From positions 4,121,784 to 4,185,783 of the forward strand of contig JAUPSS010000004.1 of assembly GCA_040285825.1 (NCBI GenBank): 64,000 bases of DNA, given 5' to 3'. Each line of letters starts with the position of its first letter. The first letter of the stretch is position 1. The stretch is from Eukaryota sp. TZLM1-RC (Eukaryota > Protista > Metamonada: BaSk clade). Position numbers and translations under genes: made by a program. Positions 45,801 through 55,894 of the stretch are shown here, one piece after another. The notes beneath the pieces were generated by a model. It made no database searches and had not been told where the DNA came from. It saw nothing but the letters and a program-made list of their open reading frames with translations.

Positions 45801-48800
45801 GAGGTCCCTCTATCTTCAGCAATGGAAGAGGTAACGAGAACAGACCCGGTTCCCTCTCCCCTCAAAAAGAAAAAGAAGAAACAGATGAGGTAACGAGAAC
45901 GGACCCGGCTCCCTCTCCCCTCAAAGCAATGGAAGAGGTAACGAGAACGGACACGGATCCTCTCCCCTCCCAATTTCAGAATCTGTCTCAAAGGGAACGG
46001 ATGGAAATCCCACCTTAGACACGTCTTCTGCATTAGGAGAATATGAAGAAATTCACATAATCTCAATTTGATGAGATGGAAGGAGAAGATGACTCCAGTG
46101 ATGGATCCTCCTAACAAGGACACAGAGCCTTACCTCGAATCAATGAACTTTTATTCATTCGAGCAGCTCCCTTTCTTATGGAGCCAAACACGAGAAAAAG
46201 TCGACCAAATACGAGGTTACGAGTAGAAACTCCACCTCCACTGTTATTGTGCTAAAATGCAAAGATACGGTCTTTGCTCCTCTGATATTTTTAGTCGTAA
46301 AGCCAGTACTTTAACAACAAAAGACGCCGCCTTCGGGTTTCTGAGGTTTGTTACTTTGCTTACTGTTGTTTTTGATCCAACATTGACCCTGCATGATCAT
46401 TAACGAATCCATTCTTCGATTCCATGATACCTTTCTAAACGACACTACCACATTTCTCGTTTACGAAAAAGGGAAGAAGCAGAGCGCTTTATGTAACGAT
46501 TAACACATACACAACAAAGTATTCAAACACACAGATCTCTGAACGAGGCCCTTTTCAGTTATTGCTTACTACACTATACTAACATTGATGTAAAAGAGTC
46601 ATAGTACATCAATTGTTGATCTTAAAATGTAAAACCAGTATTTGTGCGAATCACAATCACTGCAACGATAATTGTAGACAATAGAAAACAGTAGAATTCA
46701 GTATTTAGTTCTTAGTAGTTATAGTTATTTAGTTATTTGTTCATAGTTTTAGTTTCATATTCATATAAGCTGATTTATTTTTGAAAAAGGGAAGAAGCAG
46801 TGTTGGCGCCCTAAGGCTTATATAATATGATTAGAAAATAAATCAACTTTTCCTCATTGACTTTTTCTTTACTACAATAGACTTTAGGCAACAATAATTA
46901 TTGGCCATTTAAGAGTCAAAAGGTATACCATAACTTCAGCATTGGTGAACATCCCCAGACACTTTACAGCATGTCAGACATCTTTCAGCAAGATATCTTT
47001 GACCCTAATCCCCGAACTAACATGCAGCAGGAACCAGCGACACATATACATAATAAAGAGGGTAACGAGGCAACGGATCCGGATCCCACCTCCCCCTCCC
47101 TATAAGTGAAAGATGAAAGAGTGGACGAGGTCCCTCTATCTTCAGCAATGGAAGAGGTAACGAGAACAGACCCGGTTCCCTCTCCCCTCAAAAGAAAAGA
47201 AGAAACAGATGAGGTAACGAGAACGGACCCGGCTCCCTCTCCCCTCAAAGCAATGGAAGAGGTAACGAGAACGGACACGGATCCCTCTCCCCTCCCAATT
47301 TCAGAATCTGTCTCAAAGGGAACGGATGGAAATCCCACCTTAGACACGTCTTCTGCATTAGGAGAATATGAAGAAATTCACATAATCTCAATTTGATGAG
47401 ATGGAAGGAGAAGATGACTCCAGTGATGGATCCTCCTAACAAGGACACAGAGCCTTACCTCGAATCAATGAACTTTTATTCATTCGAGCAGCTCCCTTTC
47501 TTATGGAGCCAAACACGAGAAAAGTCGACCAAATACGAGGTTACGAGTAGAAACTCCACCTCCACTGTTATTGTGCTAAAATGCAAAGATACGGTCTTTG
47601 CTCCTCTGATATTTTTAGTCGTAAAGCCAGTACTTTAACAACAAAAGACGCCGCCTTCGGGTTTCTGAGGTTTGTTACTTTGCTTACTGTTGTTTTGATC
47701 CAACATTGACCCTGCATGATCATTAACGAATCCATTCTTCGATTCCATGATACCTTTTCTAAACGACACTACCACATTTCTCGTTTACGAAAAAGGGAAG
47801 AAGCAGAGCGCTTTATGTAACGATTAACACATACACAACAAAGTATTCAAACACACAGATCTCTGAACGAGGCCCTTTTCAGTTATTGCTTACTACACTA
47901 TACTAACATTGATGTAAAAGAGTCATAGTACATCAATTGTTGATCTTAAAAATGTAAAACCAGTATTTGTGCGAATCACAATCACTGCAACGATAATTGT
48001 AGACAATAGAAAACAGTAGAATTCAGTATTTAGTTCTTAGTAGTTATAGTTATTTAGTTATTTGTTCATAGTTTTAGTTTCATATTCATATAAGCTGATT
48101 TATTTTGAAAAGGGAAGAAGCAGTGTTGGCGCCCTAAGGCTTATATAATATGATTAGAAAATAAATCAACTTTTCCTCATTGACTTTTCTTTACTACAAT
48201 AGACTTTAGGCAACAATAATTATTGGCCATTTAAGAGTCAAAAGGTATACCATAACTTCAGCATTGGTGAACATCCCCAGACACTTTACAGCATGTCAGA
48301 CATCTTTCAGCAAGATATCTTTGACCCTAATCCCCGAACTAACATGCAGCAGGAACCAGCGACACATATACATAATAAAGAGGGTAACAAGGCAACGGAT
48401 CCGGATCCCACCTCCCCCTCCCTATAAGTGAAAGATGAAAGAGTGGACGAGGTCCCTCTATCTTCAGCAATGGAAGAGGTAACGAGAACAGACCCGGTTC
48501 CCTCTCCCCTCAAAAGAAAAGAAGAAACAGATGAGGTAACGAGAACGGACCCGGCTCCCTCTCCCCTCAAAGCAATGGAAGAGGTAACGAGAACGGACAC
48601 GGATCCCTCTCCCCTCCCAATTTCAGAATCTGTCTCAAAGGGAACGGATGGAAATCCCACCTTAGACACGTCTTCTGCATTAGGAGAATATGAAGAAATT
48701 CACATAATCTCAATTTGATGAGATGGAAGGAGAAGATGACTCCAGTGATGGATCCTCCTAACAAGGACACAGAGCCTTACCTCGAATCAATGAACTTTTA

Positions 48801-51307
48801 TTCATTCGAGCAGCTCCCTTTCTTATGGAGCCAAACACGAGAAAAGTCGACCAAATACGAGGTTACGAGTAGAAACTCCACCTCCACTGTTATTGTGCTA
48901 AAATGCAAAGATACGGTCTTTGCTCCTCTGATATTTTTAGTCGTAAAGCCAGTACTTTAACAACAAAAGACGCCGCCTTCGGGTTTCTGAGGTTTGTTAC
49001 TTTGCTTACTGTTGTTTTTGATCCAACATTGACCCTGCATGATCATTAACGAATCCATTCTTCGATTCCATGATACCTTTTCTAAACGACACTACCACGT
49101 TTCTCGTTTACGAAAAAGGGAAGAAGCAGAGCGCTTTATGTAACGATTAACACATACACAACAAAGTATTCAAACACACAGATCTCTGAACGAGGCCCTT
49201 TTCAGTTATTGCTTACTACACTATACTAACATTGATGTAAAAGAGTCATAGTACATCAATTGTTGATCTTAAAAATGTAAAACCAGTGTTTGTGCGAATC
49301 ACAATCACTGCAACGATAATTGTAGACAATAGAAAACAGTAGAATTCAGTATTTAGTTCTTAGTAGTTATAGTTATTTAGTTATTTGTTCATAGTTTTAG
49401 TTTCATATTCATATAAGCTGATTTATTTTGAAAAAGGGAAGAAGCAGTGTTGGCGCCCTAAGGCTTATATAATATGATTAGAAAATAAATCAACTTTTCC
49501 TCATTGACTTTTCTTTACTACAATAGACTTTAGGCAACATACTGGAGATATATTGGGCAATTGTAATTGCTGGTTTTAGGAATATTTGAGGATCTTTTTC
49601 CACAGCGTCTGCAAGACAATGAATATCCACTGGAAATATATTGTCAACTAAATTCTCGTCAGTGACCAAATTCTCAATTTGGCAAGTAAAAGGCTCAATA
49701 ATACCTTCAAATATGTCTCTAAGTTCATTATTTCTTATATCATGTTTTTCACATAAATCGAAAAATTCATCATTCAGAAGGTCTGAAATATTTTCAGCAT
49801 GATGAGACAAAGAACTCACGCAAACTTTATCATCAACTAAAAACAAGTTTTTGAATTGACGAAGTCTAAATCTATATAGTGAAATAATGGTAGATAATGG
49901 CGTTGAGTATCCACCAAGCTTGTGCATTTCTGCTAACACAGTTTCCACATCTGGTTTGTCAAAAAATACATTAATAAAACGATTAATTTGTTTTTCATAA
50001 TTTAATTTCAAATTATTCTCAAAATTGGCAAACATTACCGGGTCCATATACTGAGGTGGTCTACTGAATCCATCTGTTGGAAATCGTGGGAAAAACTCAA
50101 GCCTATATCTCAAATGGTCTACATAACTCAATGTCTTGTTCAACTTTTGTTGTTCAAAGCTGGTCGATAATCTATAATCTCCTTCACCATAAACAAAGTT
50201 TTCAAAATTCTGTGGAAATGCACTCGTTGGTTTCAGCATTTCTTGCCCATAATACTCAGCTGAAATATAACGAATTCTGGCCATTAATGATTCATATAGT
50301 TGGGCAGATATTCGTGGTAATGACAAATTACGTTCAAAACAAGACTGTAAATACAGCTTTAAGCAACATGTGGTGTGAATACGTAACTGTAGAAATTTTA
50401 CAGCAGTTTCTCTCAATTTGCGTATCACATTTGAATGTTTGACCATTGAGTTAACGGTTGCTCGAATGGTTTTATAAGATGATAACATAAATTTGTCTTT
50501 CTGAAACAGCACGAAAAGTTTCAGACAAAGGATACAATCATGAAGCCCATATTGAATCGATTTTTGTATCAGATGAGAAGTAGCTAAACAATCAATTGGC
50601 AAAATATGGGAAAATTCCTGATGAAGTTTGATTGTCTTTTCATTTATAATTTTATATGCCAGATTGCCTAATCCATGTCCGTAGGGTATTTTTATGAATT
50701 TTTTGGCAAAAACCAAAATATCTAAAAGAAAAAAGCCATTTTCCCTGATGACAACTTCCCTCCATCTTGGTGAAAGTTGATTGAGTACATCAATTGCTGT
50801 ATCGTCTCGAACAGTGGGAAATGGTAAATCAAAATAATTTAATCGATTTTTCAAAACCTGTAAATCAAATTGCATTAAATTATGATTAAGAAAACAATGA
50901 GGTTGATGATTACCAATAATGTTTAAAAACCTACGAAGCAAGGTTTTTTCGTCAGAGAATATTTCTGCCTGAACATCCATATCAATGTCTGGTAATCTGA
51001 TTTGAGGACTCATTCTCAATATAAGTGAATATTTACTCTCTAAAAAGAAATTATGGCGATCAAATTTACCAACAACAATCGAAATTAAAAACACTTTTTG
51101 ATCTGAAATCCACTCACCCAATTGCTGATCAGTTTTTGTTTTCAAAAGATTTGGACCTTCTTTTCTCTTTTTGTTGATAATCTCGTCAGGAGGGAGAAAT
51201 TGGCCATCATGATTTTGATATAGATGACCATCCTGATAGGTTTCAAGATCGAAGCACATAACAGTGGGAAGATTTTGATTTGGGGTCATTGATTTGAATT
51301 GAATCAA
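42857..51307 (-). pseudogene. PolB-type 3'-5' exonuclease - Fanzor1 fusion gene (about 1,020 aa reconstructed), interrupted by a tandem mini-LTR array and two frameshifts
   Basis: Exo I CFDLET, Exo II NHNLMQFDL, Exo III YGLHDC; Fanzor motifs YKTIRAT..., NFENNL...INRFINVFF, PGYFPIDT, FNNIIHTDG, YIDD, VVCYPGKRDLLY, ILMGDY, INEAFTS.KC, CHGLLAC...C, FNRNKLACLNM, ERPQYL. Confidence 0.85.
44153..49539 (+). mobile_element. Tandem-array TRIM-like non-autonomous LTR element: five LTRs of about 92 bp and four internal segments of about 1.23 kb
   Basis: LTR starts at 44153, 45476, 46801, 48124 and 49448 (period 1323-1325); TG..CA ends; 4-bp TSD TACT; PPT GAAAAAGGGAAGAAGCAG before each LTR; degenerate ORF homologous to the element A ORF1 N-terminus. 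Confidence 0.95.
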
Positions 51308-52004
51308 TGCATCAGGCTTGAAGTCACTACGACTTGGCTCAATTTTTTTTGACCATACTCGGTTTCAATGGTTTTTTGTCAAAATTTTCCTGTTCTCGAT
51401 ATTATATGGTCCACATATATATGAACCATATGCAAGTAAAAGAGTGGATGTGGATTTGATTGCCAGAACTAAGTCTAATTCTCCATTGAAGCATATCAAT
51501 ATTCAACATAAGTGTTGTTTCACCAAAATAGTTTGGGTCAGCTGGCCCGACTTTCACTGTAATTTGAATGTGCTATAGAATCTTTCGTTCATAATATTCT
51601 GCAAATTATGTCCCTGAATCAACTGTTTGAGCATTTTTTCAACATCTTCCCAGAAGAGAGTTAAAGTAAAAGTTATGAAATAATATAAGAAGAATTGAGA
51701 GGCAGTAAATACGTCACATTAACACGAAATCACAAAATGGGCAACAGATGTTGAGAGTCAAACATAAGGAAATTGTTGTATTTAAGCAATTAATTCATTA
51801 CGATAATGTCTCAGCAGAATATCACCAACAATAGGAAAGTCACTGTAAATTACTATCTTCCAAACATCCGAGCCTATGACCTCAACGACGTCAAAGGATT
51901 GATTAAAACTGTTTTATTTGAATGTTAAACCTGAAAAATGACCAGGCGACAAAAAAATTGGTTGTTAGAACCATCCAAATCAAGAGTTAAATAACTTTTT
52001 TTCA

Positions 52005-52935
52005 AACACTAATTTTATTCAAAAGAAACTGTTGAAAACGAAAAATCCATTTCCTCAAACTCCGCATCTACCACATTGAAAATTTACCTACAACATTTTC
52101 TTCATAAAGTCTTCTTTGTGATAACAACGAGCTAGAAATAAGGCTATGCATTCGTTGAAAGTGATGAAATCTATATAAGATAACGCAGTTTTACCCAAGG
52201 TTCCAAATAAAGAAAAAGCAAAAGGACAAAGAAGGTATTGAGTATGTGATTTGGAATTCAAGTTATTGATTATTTCTGTGTACTTGATAATTTTCGCTTC
52301 TGCAGCTCTACGTAAAGGTGAATTGAAAGATGGTGCCAGTGTTTCATTTGAACTGTCAGATACATCAGTAGATCTGACATCAATAATGATTATTGATCCA
52401 TCATGACCGGGAACTAACACATGACCGAAGCTATCACTAGAAAAAATCTGTCAGCTTCATTAGCCAAATATGAAAGCAAAGGTTCTAAAAAGGATTCGAT
52501 CATGTAGGACTTAAACAAACAGTAGAGCTGATCACTTACTACATCATGCACTTTTGATCTAGAAGTAATAAAACGATTACAGTTAAACAAGTGGGTTGGA
52601 GTGACAGTCTTTCCACATTTACAAAATAAACCATGGGGAGAATTATCAGACCAAATAAAAGATCTAAGACGCATAGAAAATGAAAAGCAAGGGTCATTGA
52701 GAAACAAACCATAAACTCTTGGAACTTGATTAATTAAATAAGTCGTAGCACTATCAAAAACATACAGTAAAAAATTTGCAAAAGCGGGATTTGTTTGTTT
52801 GCCTACGCCAAGACGTACTTCATAATCCAAGCCTTCAAATATTATTGTCAGTTTTTGTTGAAGTTTCTTTACACAAGACCTTAATTTAACTAAATTTCGT
52901 GGAGGAATATCTTGAACTGAGTCGGGAAAACATTA
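52005..52935 (-). mobile_element. 5'-truncated CRE-like non-LTR fragment (family B)
   Basis: Translations closely match 35995-36717 (DYEVRLG..., IIIDVRSTDVS). Confidence 0.9.
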
Positions 52936-53066
52936 AATAATTGTTATATTTTTTGTGATACAACTGTGGTTTTCATTTCAAATGTATAATTTAGGTGAAT
53001 TTCTCACATCAGAATGATTCAAAAAAGCTACTTCCTTTGTCTTTATAAGAAGCAAATTCTGTAACA

Positions 53067-53696
53067 ATGAGCACTCTGCAAATACCTTTTGTGCATGGAT
53101 GCAGTTCATCTGCGCTTCCGAAACCCAAAAACAGCAACACCCATCGATGGCAGCTTTACATTCGTTCGCACAAGGTACCTCTTCATCTTTTCGTTGATAA
53201 GGTGATCTTCTACCTTCATCCACAAATACCCAACCCTGTCCGTGAAGTCACATCATCTCCCTTCGAATGTACTGATCTAGGCTGGGGCGAATGGTCTGCC
53301 ACTATCGCCGTTTATGTCCTTGGTCTTGATGAACCTGTTCTGTTTAACCACTTTCTCAAGCTTGTTCCTTACAATGTTGAGTCCATTTCTTCCCCTTCTT
53401 CCCAATCGGCTGTGGAACAACTTGACTATATACTATTCCAGTCTCCCTCTCCAGAACTGAGAAGCAAAGTGGAGAATGTACTGCACTCAAGGGCTGTTGA
53501 CCAATTACATCCAGGCCTACCTAACCTATACTCAATGTTCAATGTGTCCAAGGTGCTCAACTCTATTGCAAAGAGGAAAGCAAAGCTGGAGAATAGACTA
53601 GAAGCTGCCAGGAACAAAACTTCTAAGTTAGAGGACCAAATTCACTCAGAATCCTTGGCTATTGAAGATTTGAAGCAACAGTTGGATTCATTTTAA
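53067..53696 (+). CDS. YEATS-domain protein (Yaf9/GAS41-like)
   Basis: THRWQLYIR, FVDKVIFYLHP.IPNPVR.V.SSPFE....GWGEW; C-terminal coiled coil. Confidence 0.92.
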   Translation: MSTLQIPFVHGCSSSALPKPKNSNTHRWQLYIRSHKVPLHLFVDKVIFYLHPQIPNPVREVTSSPFECTDLGWGEWSATIAVYVLGLDEPVLFNHFLKLVPYNVESISSPSSQSAVEQLDYILFQSPSPELRSKVENVLHSRAVDQLHPGLPNLYSMFNVSKVLNSIAKRKAKLENRLEAARNKTSKLEDQIHSESLAIEDLKQQLDSF

Positions 53697-53722
53697 AATT
53701 TATAATGATAATTGATAATAAT

Positions 53723-54865
53723 TTATTTATTTAAACAGTTGATAACTGGTACTTTTTTGGTACGAATTATTTTTGACTGATTACGTGTTGATTTCGGTTT
53801 TGATTGACTACTTTCCATTATTGACACTGGATAGTTACTAACCTTTGACTCTCTATCAGTTGATTGCGGTCGGTTACTTACCCAAGAGCTTGTCATTAAT
53901 GATTGACTTTCCAAAAACTCTAATGATGGAATTTTAGGTTTGGGAGTGGGTGCTTGAATAGAAGTTGAGGGTAATGGTAGTGGTTCTGATTGTTCTATTA
54001 AGGAAAGCTCTTGTTCAAGGGATTCAAGGTCTTGGAAAGTTTCGGCATTTTTGACCTCCTTTTCTGATTTTTGATCTGATTCTTCTTCCTGTTCCTCCTC
54101 AACTTGGCTAGTTTCAATTGCTTTTGCTGGTTGTTTAATTTGTTCCTTTTGTTCTTCTCGAATGTCTTGAATTTCTGTGAGTTTTTGTTTTATTTCTTCT
54201 TCTTTTTTTAATTTAGGTGAATATGCCACAAATAAATTAAATTCTTTAATTTTTTCTTTTAATCCCTGGTTTTCTGATTTCAATTCAGATACCATATTCT
54301 CTAAAGCATCAACACGACCTTGAACTTTGGATAATTCTTCAGTTCTTAGCGCCTGTATCTGTTCAAGAAACATTTGCTTTAATTGGCCAAACTGTTGAGA
54401 AAACTCCTTCTGGAGTTCTTCCTTCACCACCTCTATTTCATTACAACATGAACAAGAGGATGAAGAGGAAGAGGGAGAAGGGGAAGGAGGGGGTTGAGTA
54501 GGGACTGGAGAAGTAGATCTATGATGAGACTCATTTTTGGATCTTGAATCATGGGTAATCCTTTGAACTAGATTGGTGATGGAGGAGCTACTGGGTTGTG
54601 GTGGTTCAGTTCGGTCTAGCAAACTGGAATAACGAGCAGATTCTTTAGGGGGAATAGGCTTAAAGGCTGATGGAGGTGAGGAAGGGGGAGGGGTACGTCG
54701 GGTAAGGAGGTTTGGACTGGTTCTTTCTCTTTTACGACGTACTAATTCCTCTGGAGTGGCTTTCAACACAGAAAGGTCATTGATGGTTGAATCCCATGAA
54801 GGTTTTGGACGTGCAGGACGATGTGATGGTGCAGATTTAGGTCTACGTTTGCGATAAGATGGCAT
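53723..54865 (-). CDS. SPICE1-like spindle/centriole-associated coiled-coil protein
   Basis: KPSWDSTINDLSVLKATPEELVRRK..TSPN resembles the conserved SPICE1 N-terminal motif. Confidence 0.7.
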   Translation of the reverse strand: MPSYRKRRPKSAPSHRPARPKPSWDSTINDLSVLKATPEELVRRKRERTSPNLLTRRTPPPSSPPSAFKPIPPKESARYSSLLDRTEPPQPSSSSITNLVQRITHDSRSKNESHHRSTSPVPTQPPPSPSPSSSSSSCSCCNEIEVVKEELQKEFSQQFGQLKQMFLEQIQALRTEELSKVQGRVDALENMVSELKSENQGLKEKIKEFNLFVAYSPKLKKEEEIKQKLTEIQDIREEQKEQIKQPAKAIETSQVEEEQEEESDQKSEKEVKNAETFQDLESLEQELSLIEQSEPLPLPSTSIQAPTPKPKIPSLEFLESQSLMTSSWVSNRPQSTDRESKVSNYPVSIMESSQSKPKSTRNQSKIIRTKKVPVINCLNK

Positions 54866-54896
54866 TTGAATTTGAGGCTTTTATTTATTTTTATCA

Positions 54897-55388
54897 ATGT
54901 TGAGTTTCAGTGAAACACAACATGGTCAATTGAGGGGTGTTTATGTAGGTCTTGACCCAAGTTGTCCGTCTAATCTCCATACAAAAGTTCCTCCTTGCTA
55001 CTTTAATCCATTTGAACACGATGTACTTATTGATACTTCTTTACATAGTCATGATCAAACATCCAATGCACTTCACATTAGCTCACCTTCTCGTAGTGAT
55101 CTTGCTAAAAGTAAATTCCTGAAACATCTATTACCCAACACCACGAAGGAGTTGTCCAACGGATCCAAGTTTGGAACTGATTTCGGTCTACTTTATCCTG
55201 GCTCTCGTGATCAATTTCATGCAACACACATCCTTTATTCTGCTCATGGAGGAGAAGGAGAAGTTGTGTTGAACAATAGAACACTACTTTCTTATGCCAG
55301 ATTAGCATCCAGTGTTAATAAGATTTGTGTTGTTGTTATTGATGAATCTAAACACTTGTCTTTTGAGTTTTGTAAAGATGTTTTGTAG
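54897..55388 (+). CDS. tRNA-splicing endonuclease catalytic subunit, SEN34-like
   Basis: GSKFGTDFGLLYPG..DQFHATH and LSYARLASSVNK (catalytic Y/H/K). Confidence 0.8.
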   Translation: MLSFSETQHGQLRGVYVGLDPSCPSNLHTKVPPCYFNPFEHDVLIDTSLHSHDQTSNALHISSPSRSDLAKSKFLKHLLPNTTKELSNGSKFGTDFGLLYPGSRDQFHATHILYSAHGGEGEVVLNNRTLLSYARLASSVNKICVVVIDESKHLSFEFCKDVL

Positions 55389-55484
55389 CAGGGTGATTGT
55401 GTATTATAGTTCTCATAACTTTAGTGATTTTGTTTCAGAATGTTGTGCCGCTGTTTCAAATATGAATGTCTAGGATTTCGATTT

Positions 55485-55735
55485 GAGTTGAGTCGAGTTA
55501 ACTCGAGTCAAACTTATCTGACTCAACTCGACTCATGAGTCAAATGAGTTGACTCGACTCGACTCATTCTTTCATCCATTGACTCGACTCGACTCATGAG
55601 TCAATTAAGTTGACTCGACTCGACTCGACTCATTCTTACATTCATTGACTCGACTCGACTCATGAGTCAATTAAGTTGACTCGACTCGACTCGACTCATT
55701 CTTACATTCATTGACTCGACTCGACTCATTCTTAC
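55485..55735. repeat. hAT subterminal (GACTC)n array; counterpart at about 58000-58105
   Basis: Many direct and inverted GACTC/GAGTC pentamers next to the TIRs. Confidence 0.9.
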
Positions 55736-55894
55736 ATCCATTGAGACAAGTCCACCTTAACATTATCATAACCATTTTTCTATTTACATTTTTGATTACT
55801 GTTCTGTTCAAATATCATGTCATATCAAATAAAAATCATACTTTATTTCAAAATGTTCAAACGTAAAAACTAAAATCTACTCACCTCACTATAA

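Noticed and set aside
44336-48960. Repeated short ORFs on both strands as a tandem gene family
   Set aside because: They are stop- and frameshift-broken remnants of the LTR element ORF1 and their antisense shadows
49490-49539. C-terminus MLPKVYCSKEKSMRKS of the 605-aa ORF, and calling that ORF a DNA polymerase
   Set aside because: The tail is antisense LTR read-through, and no PolB palm motifs (DFxSLYPS, YGDTDS) are present
55485-55735. Repeat-spacer-like pattern resembling a CRISPR array
   Set aside because: Units are GACTC pentamers with repeated (non-unique) linkers next to hAT TIRs, so they are subterminal repeats; no cas genes
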